NCBI GenBank assembly: GCA_002633005.1
Contig: NMRA01000025.1
Coordinates: forward strand, 323,450 to 387,449
Length of the DNA stretch: 64,000 nucleotides
Direction: 5' to 3'
Source: Phoronis australis
Taxonomy: Eukaryota > Animalia > Phoronida
The translations under genes were made by a program, and so were the position numbers. A model generated the notes under the pieces. It was given only the letters and a program-made list of their open reading frames with translations, was not told the DNA's origin and did not search any database. Below, one piece after another: positions 53,859-64,000 of the stretch (positions are counted from its first letter, which is position 1; each line of letters begins with the position of its first letter).

Positions 53859-54469
53859 GAACAATTCACTTTTAAATATGGAGCATAAAATCAATGTATT
53901 ACTTCCTTACTAAATGGCCTGATTAATACTGCTCATCAAGTCTTCTTGCTTCAAACTCAGTAGTTATCCAAAAGTGGTTAAAAACATTTGCCGAAATTCA
54001 CCTGGCTTCCTCAATGGAAATGTTTGGTGAGAAATTCTGCCAATTTCGGACAGGAACAATATTGTCAATTTTGCTTATGTAAACTACTCTACCTCACAGG
54101 CAATTTCAGTAACAGTGTTTTCCTCTCATGAGCACAACTTTTTCTCTGGAACTACATTTCTTTTATCATATGTCACAACTCATCTCTTAAATCACATTTC
54201 TCTTTTCGCAAACAACACTTTCTTTCCCACAAAAAAGCGACCGCTACCAAGAAAAGCAATGCAAAGAGTAATGGTGTGTGACAAACAGTAAAGAGAAAAG
54301 AAAGCTGGTATTAAGAAGGCACATACAGTTCACGAGGTAAGGAAATTGGCCTGAAGACTAGTGACATACTAAATGCAGAAAAACTTGACAGGGACCATTT
54401 TAGCAGGCACTCTCCACAAACGTCATACCTACCTGCTAAAAACCAACAACAAACATGTATGCATACCAT

Positions 54470-54695
54470 TCAGTGCCTTCGGCTGCTACTGTAGTCCCGG
54501 TCTCGATCGCGTTCTCTGTCGTGCCCCTCACGTTCCCTGTGTGACGATCGTCCACTATCCTCACGGTACCTGTCCCGGTCACGACTTCGTTCCCGGTACT
54601 CGCGGTCACGTTCTCGACTGCGTGACCTATGGCGACTCCTCTTTTCTCGATCCCTATCCCGATCCCGTGATCTTGAGCGCCGGCTCCGGCTTTCA
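54470..54695 (-). CDS. CPSF6: CPSF6/CPSF7 (CFIm large subunit), last coding exon, RS/RD/RE domain
   Basis: Acceptor TTCTAG|T, phase 2 matching the previous exon. Translates ESRSRRSRSRDRDRDREKRSRHRSRSRERDREYRERSR...SSSRRH*. Confidence 0.9.
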
Positions 54696-54802
54696 CTAGA
54701 ACACAGACTTTGGTGTTGGTCCACAATTTCACCAATTTTTAATAGCCTTTGCAATTAGCATTACACAATGACAAACAATAAAATGATAGCAATCCTTTTT
54801 TG

Positions 54803-54892
54803 GTCAACTAACACATGTAAACTAACACATGTCAACTAACGCATGTCAACTAACGCATGTCAACTAACGCATGTCAACTAACACATGTCACA
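54803..54892. repeat. 14-bp tandem repeat x~6
   Basis: GTCAACTAAC(A/G)CAT repeated. Confidence 0.85.
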
Positions 54893-55044
54893 AACAACTT
54901 TCCCATCCAGTTCTCTAAGACTCCGTAACCCTTGACAACCCACAAAAGTTTGGAGGGAATTTTGAAAACTCCTCTCAAAGTCTCCTAAACGAGTTACACG
55001 ACAACTGTAGGGAAAGATCACCCACCATTTTGTAACACAGACTA

Positions 55045-57950
55045 CCGTATTCGCCGTAATAACCGCCCATGCCCCTTTAAGTGCCCCCCCCCCCCACTTT
55101 GCTGAAATAAGCGCCCAGTCCATGAATGTATACATGCGAACAATGACGTACCTACAGTCCTAAAACTCGGCTACAGTAACGTCTTCAATTTATCCAAAAA
55201 ATTTTGCACGGGTCTTCTAGACCACCAGCGGCACTGCTACTTTTGTATTTAGCCGTGACTTTACACTTCAAAGTAAGGCAGTGCTTCAAAAAGAACGCAA
55301 CAGCGTTGCTATACTCTCGCAACGACCGTGTCCCACTATGGTCTGATCTTTCAGTAGACACATCGACTGTCTCATGAATAACAAGAGCAACGCAGAGCGT
55401 TGAAATGCGCCCACAATTGCACCGCATACGGTATCCTTCTAGGGTTGTTTATTGGTACCACAAAGTGGCCAGTAGAGGGCATATATGTAGTATGTTGTAC
55501 TTAGCAAAATGGAAAGGCATGATGGTCATTGTCTCCTCAATAGGCTAGGGGCAAAATGTGAGTAATCTTCATAATACAAGCACATCCTATACACCAGTTG
55601 CTTAAAGCACCACAGAAACATAAAATAAAAACAAATTTACCAACATACGAGATTAGCACAGCATTAGAATGCCAGAAACAAATTTCTACTTGGAACTTTT
55701 CCTTCATAGTCACGAAGTAACACAAAGTATACACCTGAAGACCTATGAAAATACAGAGGTCAATGTAAAATACTATAAATTGCCACTAGAGGCAAATACT
55801 AAAATTGCCACTAGAGGCATACCGGTAGTCAGAATCATCCTAAAGTCGTCATCGTCCGTTGTCAACATCACATCAATACACTTGCTAAATTTAGTAAAGA
55901 TCCTGCAAACGGTTTGGGAGATACAACCATGGGCGCAAAAAAAAAAAAACTGCCACTAGGAGGTGCCACAGTAGTCCAAATCGTCTGAAAATCATTGTCA
56001 GCTGTCTTCCTTATAGTAAGCACATACACGGCAATTTTCACAATCATCCTTTGAGCGGTTTGATTGATAGAGGGGTGGACGCAAAAATACAGACTCGAAA
56101 ACAGTAAAAATGGCCACTAGGTGGCGCAAACTATGTCGAATCTATCTGAAAACGGGAGGATAGCGTCATCTCACTATTAGGTGCCTACATACCAAATTTC
56201 ATGAAAATCCGTTCAGGACTTTTGAAGATACAAAGGTAAGCGTAAAAAACTAAAATTGCCACTAGGGGGCACACCAGTAGTAGGATCCGTCCAAAAGTCG
56301 TCATCTTCCGTTGTTAACATCATATAAATATACTTACACAATTTCGTAAAGATCCTGCGAAAGGTTTAGGAGATATAGCCATAGGCGCAAAAAAAACAAA
56401 ACAGCCACTAGGAGGCGCCACAGTAGTCGAAATCGTCGGAAAATCATCGTCAACCGTCCTCTACATAGTAAGCACATACATGCCAATTTTCACAATCATC
56501 CTTTGAGCGGTTTGGTTGATAGAGGGGTGGACGCACAAAAACAGACTAGAAAACACTAAAAATGGCCACTAGGTGGCGCAAACTATGTCGAATCCATCTG
56601 AAAACGGCAGGATAGCGTCATCTCACTAATAGGTGCCTACATACCAAATTTCATGAAAATCCGTTCAGGACTTTTGAAGATACAAAGGTAAGCGTAAAAA
56701 ACTAAAATTGCCACTAGGGGGCACACCGGTAGTCGGATCCGTCCGAAAGTTCGCACATGCCGTCCCATTCATGAATGGAACATATGTGCCAAATTTCATG
56801 AACGTATGTCAAAGGGTTTTGGAGATAGAGCAGCGGACGCCGGACGCCAGACGCCGGACGCCGCCCGGACGGACGGACGGACGGACGGAGATGACGGCAT
56901 AATGCGTCCACATATAAATATGTGGGCGCATAAAAATAACTGGGTGTTAAACGCACGTGGCCAGGAAGCGCGCGCTACATACATGAACCTGTCATCAAAG
57001 ACATTAGTCGGGAACTATCCATTCATGAAACGGGTAGCATAGCATCGATAAGAAATGAATATTGGCACTAATTTCCGACAATTTCTAATACTATAAAACA
57101 TGTTTGCGTTCTTTTGAGATGGATTGTTTGATTAACCATAAAGGTGTTTTTAAGCCGAGTATACGATGAAATGACAACTGACAGTGAATGCTTACACACC
57201 CTTACACCGAAAAATAACTGTCAGATAGTTACGTACGCATTAAGCTACACGGCGACTAATATGGGCCTTACCGAGACAAATGTCGAAAGTTTTTAGCACG
57301 AGACCGGCAAGTGCTGAATGAAACACGCTCTGGTTTACGCCTACTGCTTGTGCAAATTTCTTTAGACATCTAGCTAGTTAGATTGCATAGCTCTGGCCAA
57401 AAGATGGTCTCTGCCTTGGCAAATGAACTCTGGTGACGAACTTCAAAACAAACGTCACGTGACAACAACATGTGTGTTCGTCCAGACATTTTTCTCGCCG
57501 TGTTGCCGATCATACATGTAGATGGCACGACGTTGCACAGATTTGTACTTAAACCTGCCGTTAATCCAGACTCCACGGGAACTTATAAAACTTAATGAGG
57601 AGTTCAGGTAATTTGCTTGAGTCGAAACCATTTTTATTTAAGCATTAAAGTCGCCATATCGAAGACGGCGATTTTGAGGCAGTCAGTCGGCGAGTTTTCG
57701 CCCTGGGATTTCAGCACAATGTTCTGTAAAATGATCGTAATTTAGCAGCAAAGTTTGATAGCAATGCACCACAGTTTTGCTGAGTCTTTCATAGCTTACA
57801 TATACGTCACAGAGCGTAAATTTGATGAATCTTAGCTTCCGATGTCGCCCGTTTCGGAGACCGGGTTTCAACCGCCTTCGGTTAAAATAAGCGCCCCCCC
57901 CTGAACCGAACTTTTCTAAGTGCCATGGGCGGTTATTACGGCGAATACGG
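55045..57950. mobile_element. Non-autonomous pogo/Tc1-mariner-like element with TA TSD, carrying a nested insertion
   Basis: Perfect 27-bp TIR CCGTATTCGCCGTAATAACCGCCCATG / CATGGGCGGTTATTACGGCGAATACGG, with TA on both sides. Confidence 0.9.
55380..56936 (-). mobile_element. Helentron-associated (HINE/DINE-1-like) non-autonomous element with internal tandem array
   Basis: On the minus strand: TTTTTATGCGCCCACA start, (GTCC)n microsatellite, internal tandem repeats, subterminal inverted repeat ATGCGCCCACA/TGTGGGCGCAT, terminal hairpin CAACGC-TCT-GCGTTG and CTTGTT end. Confidence 0.8.
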
Positions 57951-58036
57951 TAAGTGCTTTTTGTTGAATCCCATAGGCAGTTTGATATTAGCAAGACGGT
58001 ATACAAATTCCAACTTCAACAACCATAGCTACTTAC

Positions 58037-58187
58037 GATTTTGAGCCATATGACTTCAACTCTATGCCATGCAGTGTGTCCTGTAAGGAGCTGATCAAGA
58101 TCTTGGACCGTTCGTCATGAGCCAGCTTAGACTGCCTGATGAGGGAGACAGCCGTGACAAGCGTCTCAACGGCCCGGCCATAGTCAC
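58037..58187 (-). CDS. CPSF6: CPSF6/CPSF7 exon (conserved helical region)
   Basis: TAG|GT...TC|GTAAGT. Translates [49 protein letters not shown], recognisable as the CFIm68/59 post-proline conserved block. Confidence 0.95.
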
Positions 58188-58679
58188 CTATACAAGAAGG
58201 CGGAAACGGGTACAATTCAGGACAACGGAAACCTTAACCGTAACTGTCAATTCCGTCAGCAATTTTTTTCTAGATTATTCCAACTGAGACTGACAGGATA
58301 CTACCGGACATTACTCATCATACCGGCTATAATCCCAATTAATTCTATAATCTTCGTCGGACACAATGGGGCATTATACATGCACAGCAAGTTGACCCAA
58401 TTCCAGCCTGCACATTTTCAGTAAGAGGCATTTTATCAACAGCTTGACTTCCTAAAATGGCTATACGGCGACTTGGCAACAGTATTTCTACAATCAGCCT
58501 CTAAAGATGGCCAGAGAAATTATCAACACAAATATCATGTGAACATAAGTAGGCTTGAGACTGAGCGTATATATGTAAAAAATAGTAATTACAGAAGTAC
58601 CAGACATGCACTGATCACCTGGAGCCATGTTTGTGCATTGTTAATCTATTATTATAAGCAGGCGAAGGAGCTAGAGACC

Positions 58680-58870
58680 GGACTCAAGGGTCTAGCAGTG
58701 TGGCCCAGTGGGACTCAAGGGTCTAGCAGTGTGGCCCAGTAGGACTCAAGGGTCTAGCAGTGTGGCCCAGTGGGACTCAAGGGTCTAGCAGTGTGGCCCA
58801 GTGGGACTCAAGGGTCTAGCAGTGTGGCCCAGTGGGACTCAAGGGTCTAGCAGTGTGGCCCAGTGGGACT
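58680..58870. repeat. 31-bp tandem repeat x6
   Basis: GGACTCAAGGGTCTAGCAGTGTGGCCCAGTG repeated. Confidence 0.95.
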
Positions 58871-58925
58871 CGAAACCACGACCTCCAGCAGAGAAGGCGG
58901 GGATATATCATTAGGCCACACTGCC
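58855..58925 (-). mobile_element. tRNA-derived SINE head (degenerate)
   Basis: Minus strand GGCAGTGTGGCCTAATG (A-box-like)...GGAGGTCGTGGTTTCGAGTCCCACTG (B-box/T-arm-like). No intact cloverleaf. Confidence 0.6.
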
Positions 58926-59480
58926 TTCTCAGATTAAACGTAAAAAGACCAGTGGATATTAGAAATGAAATATGAATGACAGTTTTACTTGCACTAGACT
59001 TTCTCACTGACAGCACAGTGAAGTAAGTTTCACTACCTTCCATCAGTCAAAATCTCATTTTACCATTACTTAGAGTGTGGCAAAGCCGGCATAAACATGG
59101 AGAATCTCAACAGGGTGCTATGTATCGCACTCTGAACTTTGTTAGCAGTTCTACTTATAAATAAATCTTCACTTACACGCCTCATTCTGCCAGGGCAAGA
59201 GAAGAGAGTCGCATTCGAGAAAAGGGAATTAGTTATGAAATTAATGTAGTCACTATGATCACAAATAAATTACAACCTCACCTAATCTGATAAGAAATGA
59301 ATATCATTGCTCTAAGGAATTTACTTCATGTCAGTTTGCTTAACAGCAAAATTCTCCCAAACTAAACCCTACTATCCTATTTCCTAAGACAACATCGTAG
59401 ACAAGTTGAATAAACAGGCAAATTAACGCCCCTGCTATGAAATAAGGCAATTTACAAATCACACAAACATGGACACGTAC

Positions 59481-59593
59481 CCTTGCTAGCGTCTTCTACT
59501 GCCCTCGAGATTGCACTGCTGGACACAGTCTTGTTGCGTTGCGTGATCTCCTCAAATTCTGCCTCAGACAGAACGGGTGCGGCCACCTCTTGC
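59481..59593 (-). CDS. CPSF6: CPSF6/CPSF7 exon
   Basis: TTTCTAG|G...G|GTACGT. Translates QEVAAPVLSEAEFEEITQRNKTVSSSAISRAVEDASKG, a hallmark CFIm68 motif. Confidence 0.95.
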
Positions 59594-60130
59594 CTAGAAA
59601 ACCAAGAGCAAATTCACACAATGGACAGCGCGCAAAACCAGCAACTGGCTTTATGTCAATCGTGCAACAGATTAAAGCAACATGTATTAAACTGAGCAAT
59701 GCGAATAACATCAAAGATACACAACACATAGTGGACAAAATTTCTGAGTCGTTGCGCAACCCACACTCCTTGTGTAGCATTAAAAGGAAAAAAACGGTCA
59801 ATAACAAAACCATTGTCAAGCATTGACATGCGTCCATAGTGCAACATAATGGGTACGTTATTAAGAGTGTTCACCAGATACACTGAGTTAACAATTCGGC
59901 CACCAGGGGTAGTGCATGTAGTCAGAACTGACATAAAAGTGTTGGTACGTGATCATTCGGACTGAATTCAAATAAAAATGTTAAAAAAGGAAGTTCTCAA
60001 TATTTCCACACAACAAAGAACATTGACAATGAATTTGCAATAAATAACAGCTGAATTTGTTAGACCAGCTGCAACAACATTCATTTCACTAAGAATGTCC
60101 ACAAAAAGACCACATAAAAGGTGAACAAAC

Positions 60131-60225
60131 CTGTCTGGTATTGGTGGTCTAAATGGATCTGCTGGAAACGTTGGAGCCGGACCTATAGGTCTGCCAAACG
60201 CATCAACAGCTTGAGGCTGTGGTGG
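60131..60225 (-). CDS. CPSF6: CPSF6/CPSF7 exon (proline-rich region)
   Basis: TTTCTAG|CCA...AG|GTTTGT. Translates PPQPQAVDAFGRPIGPAPTFPADPFRPPIPDR; phases are compatible with both neighbours. Confidence 0.88.
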
Positions 60226-60505
60226 CTAGAAAAGGATGAGAAATATTAACAACAACGTGTTGCTGTAATGACCACAAAACAGTAGTTTTCAATCAACCAA
60301 ATGTACTGAAGCAAGCTTGAGTCAACTCCAGTATCTATGATTTTATGGCATGCTTTAATAACGTAGTAATGTGTCACAAACAACACTAAGAAACCAATTG
60401 GTTGAGGCTTGTCCATATTGAGAGTGGACGCTACAAGTCCAAACAGATGACAGCAATATGCACCCACATATTTATATACATTCATGTATGAAGTTGCCTA
60501 CTCAC

Positions 60506-60723
60506 CGGTACAGGTTGAGGGCCAGAGGGAGGTGGCAAGACAAAGGGTGCAGGGGCACCGCTAACAGGTGGACCCTGCTGGGGCGGGCCTTGGGGAGGGA
60601 AGAAGGCTGGGTTGACGTGTGGCGCTGGTTGCATGTGACCAGGCGGCGGAATGCCTTGAGGGGGAGGACCCTGCCCAGTGGGTGGGGGTCCCTGTGGACC
60701 GGGCCCCATGTTCTGTGGTGGTC
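60506..60723 (-). CDS. CPSF6: CPSF6/CPSF7 exon (proline-rich, APHVNPAFF motif)
   Basis: TTTCAG|GA...CCG|GTGAGT. Translates GPPQNMGPGPQGPPP...PAPHVNPAFFPPQGPP... Confidence 0.92.
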
Positions 60724-61418
60724 CTGAAAGTAAAACAGCAAAGTTACCTAACACACCAAAACGAATGAAAAAACAAAAACTGACATCCAAGCTAAGTCAC
60801 ATATATTATCGTTTGTTATGGAAAGCTTATCAGTTCAAAAAACTTATGTTGGAAATTTTGAGCAGGATTCAATAAAAATGCTAAATGACAAATATACTTT
60901 TAAAGAGTCCGGTGCTCTGACTTATGATCAACACAAATAAGACCAAGGATAAAGTTGTTGGAGCTGAGCATGGCCAATGAGATGGCTAAAATTGAAATAC
61001 CTTCGCACATTATATACACATGGAAATAAATCACGGTTTTTGTAATCTGTACAAAAAATCCCCAAAGTCGCACACACTTGCCTTCTCTTAAAATTTCAAA
61101 CAAATTTAAAAGCAGGTCTTGAGGAAAATCTGGCCCACAATTATTGTTAGTAAATGGACATTTTTTGTACTTCAACAAAAGATCAAGATTTGATTTGATG
61201 CATGAAATATATAACGTTTGGTCAAGTCTGAATTTTAGCCAACTTGGATCAACCAACGGGTGAGAAGAGAATGCTTTTAGGTCACAGTAGCTTTTAAAAC
61301 AGCAATTTTATGTAGCATGATTGTGTAACGCTTACTGTCACTGGGGATGGGTCACTATTGGGCCAAATATTTCAAGCCATGCAGATTACAAGTCAAATTA
61401 CCAGCCTTGACACATTAC

Positions 61419-61505
61419 CTGGCTGGCCTGGGAAACCGGGAGGTCCCATGGGCCGTTGTGGTGGTGGGCCACCAGGAGGCATGCCTGGGCCACCGGGGAA
61501 TGAAA
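61419..61505 (-). CDS. CPSF6: CPSF6/CPSF7 exon (proline/glycine-rich); upstream RRM exons not seen, presumably beyond the window
   Basis: TTTCAG|TT...CCAG|GTAATG. Translates SFPGGPGMPPGGPPPQRPMGPPGFPGQPG; phase 1 matches the next exon. Confidence 0.85.
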
Positions 61506-63040
61506 CTGAAACAATAGGTTAAATAGGTTAACTCAACAACAAGTTCGTAACCAGAACTCCACTGCGATTGCTTAGGGACACTTCCAATTTTTATGCTAAA
61601 AGGAATTTCTTTTATTGCAATTACATTATTTTGTTCAAATCTGATCATATCAGCTTACTAAAAAGAACTTCAACTTTCAAAATCTCTTGCAGTATTTATG
61701 GAATGGTAAAGGGGAAGTACAATGGCAACAGAAAAAAATAACTTTTTGAAAAAACTTGTGTCAGAAACTGGTTGTGCAATGTCACAGCACTGTTTTTTAT
61801 GACTTATTGAAAAAATAGAAAAAAATGAAAACACTGGAAATATAAATTGTATAAATTTTTTTAAGGCAAAAGTGTTCCCTCTGTCATGTTCCCTCCGTCA
61901 CGTTCCCTCCGTCACGTTCCCTCCGTCACGTTCTCTCTTTTCTCCAAAACTGCAGATGTGCACTTCATGGCATCGACGTCACAGGCACTATAGCAGTTCC
62001 CTTTTGATTTTCTTAGATTGATCCTCGCCGTTAAACCTCGCAAATAGGGGCATATATAATTTTTTCTGAATCTTTTGGAACTTTTCACAATTAAGCGAAA
62101 ATGTCACACAAAAAATTAGAAACAGTCACGTTATTTATTAGATAGTCACAATATTTATTTTATTGTGCCCTTCATCACGCGCTATCTACTGTGTAATCGC
62201 TTTCAAGTGGAACTTACGAGCTAATTCCTTGTGTCTGGTGTTAAATGCATCGGCAGAATTACTTTGGCATTGTGTTCTCAAGCCCAGTGATCCACTTCGT
62301 ACCTAATCGGGTCTAGTGATTTCAATGTGCTTAAATGTTGCATCTGGTGAAAGCTAGGAGCTGGCTCTTAGAAAATACTGGAGTTCTAAGTTTCCTCAAA
62401 AGTTTTTACAGATCAGATGCAATAACACACAGAACAAAACCATGAGACAGCAAGACGGGATTGAAGAATGAAGCATTACTTTCATTTCAAACATTTTCAA
62501 AATACAGGAATGTTTTAAGATGGCAATTTATTGTAAAGGATTGATTCGTTCTCCAGAGGAACATGCAGAAAAGTGATGTCATCTAGACATTTATTTGAAG
62601 AGAGACAAAAGAGAAGACAGAGGTAAATAATGACCGCATTCAGTGCGCAGCGACAAAAGACCATGGGGGTACTCTGCTAGACATCCACAAAACAAACCAC
62701 CAAGTTCAGGTCTATTTTTTATGAAAATCAAGTTGGCGGTGTGGAAAATCCACCCAAAGACGATCAAAAATGAAGAGGGATTTGTTACATTTACATGTAT
62801 GTATTTTGTGCAAATTTTCAAAACAAAACAAACACAGCAACTTGACTGAAATTGATGTGGGGTGGCATTTTATTATTGGTGGGTGTAAGTCTCAAAATGA
62901 ATATAGGTTAAGACCAGAACCAACTTTGCTTTTTGGCCTAATGAATATTTTAACTTTATTACCATTGGAAACAACACTTGCTGTTACTTCTAATCTACAG
63001 ATAATCGAGATATAATTTAAAACTTAACATTCTGTTTGCA

Positions 63041-63690
63041 TTTTTATGCACCCACCCCCATGTGGACACATTATGCTGTCATCCCCATTCGGCCGTTCGT
63101 CTGTCCAGCGTCTTCTGCTTTACCTCCAAAACACTTTGACGTATGTTCATAAAATTTTGCACATGTATTACTTTCCTGGATGGGACGGCATGAGCGAATT
63201 TTCGGACGGATCCAACAACCAGTGTGCCCACTAGTGGCAATTTTAGTTTTTTACATTTAACTATGAAACTTTGAAGGTCCTCGACATATTTTCATAAAAT
63301 TGGCATATTGGCATCTATAAACGAGATGATGCTATCCTCCCATTTTCAGACGATTCAACATAGTTTGCGCCACCTAGTGGTCATTTTTGTTGTTTACGAG
63401 TTTGTTTTTTGGCGTCCACACCTCAATCAACCAAACCATTTAAGGGATGATTTTAAAAATTGGCAAGAGTATTTATATGAAGCTAACAACAGACGACGTC
63501 GACTTTCAGGCAGATCCAACAAACGCTGTGCCCCCTAGAGGCAATTTATTTTTTTTCTGTTTTCCTTTCTTTTTCTGAAGTTCTTAGACAGAGTTTTATG
63601 AAATTTGGTAAATAGCTTTCTATTAAGGAAGCGATGGGACGTTCCCGTTTTTGGATGGATTAGACATTTTTGTGCTATCTACTGGCCAAT
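63041..63690 (+). mobile_element. Older, partial copy of the HINE-like element, opposite orientation to 55380-56936
   Basis: TTTTTATGCACCCAC...CATTATGCTGTCATC start, and CCACTAGTGGCAATTTTAGTTTTT / GCGCCACCTAGTGGTCATTTTT subunits homologous to the reverse complement of ~56250-56936. Confidence 0.75.
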
Positions 63691-63738
63691 TTTATGATGC
63701 AAATAAACAAACTTAGAAGCTGCGCAGAGTGCAGCGTA

Positions 63739-63792
63739 CGTCCATATTAGTGCTAGGGCGTCCAAATGGACGCCCTAGCACTAATATGGACG
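63739..63792. repeat. Perfect 26-bp inverted repeat with 2-nt loop
   Basis: CGTCCATATTAGTGCTAGGGCGTCCA-AA-TGGACGCCCTAGCACTAATATGGACG. Confidence 0.95.
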
Positions 63793-64000
63793 CTCTGGCA
63801 AGGACGCCCAATGTATCATTTGGACACCCACTGTCAATAGGAACTTTTCAAGTTTGGACACACACATTGTAATGATTACTAGGAAGCCTATGAAGGCTCA
63901 GTGGAGGCTCTTTTTTCAAAGCAGGAAGAAATATACAATGTTGCTATGCTCACACTTGGTTGATGGCATTGTAAAAGTCTTGGTCTACACCAATTTTTTA

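Noticed and set aside
58855-58925. Functional tRNA gene
   Set aside because: D- and anticodon arms are degenerate and the sequence runs into a tandem array; better explained as a SINE head.

Overview
AT-rich, intron-containing animal genomic DNA. The neuropeptide content suggests a spiralian/lophotrochozoan invertebrate, and there is one assembly gap (34191-35013). Three protein-coding loci are supported. (1) An intronless 1024-aa type I membrane protein (6674-9748, +) with a signal peptide, a beta-propeller-like region, four 6-Cys sushi/CCP-like repeats, one TM helix, and a cytoplasmic C-terminal domain resembling the dynein heavy-chain microtubule-binding domain. (2) A spliced neuropeptide precursor gene (promoter and exon 1 at ~21.5-21.7 kb, signal-peptide exon 22186-22321, peptide exon 29715-30472) encoding both FVRIamide-type and FMRFamide-type peptides. 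(3) The 3' six coding exons of CPSF6/CPSF7 (CFIm large subunit) on the minus strand (61505 to 54470). Most of the rest is non-autonomous DNA transposons with readable TIRs/TSDs (Kolobok-like with a THAP remnant, P/hAT-like, pogo/mariner-like, Helentron-like, a 5-bp-TSD MITE family), a tRNA-derived SINE fragment and minisatellites. All family assignments come from reading the sequence by eye; no database search was run.
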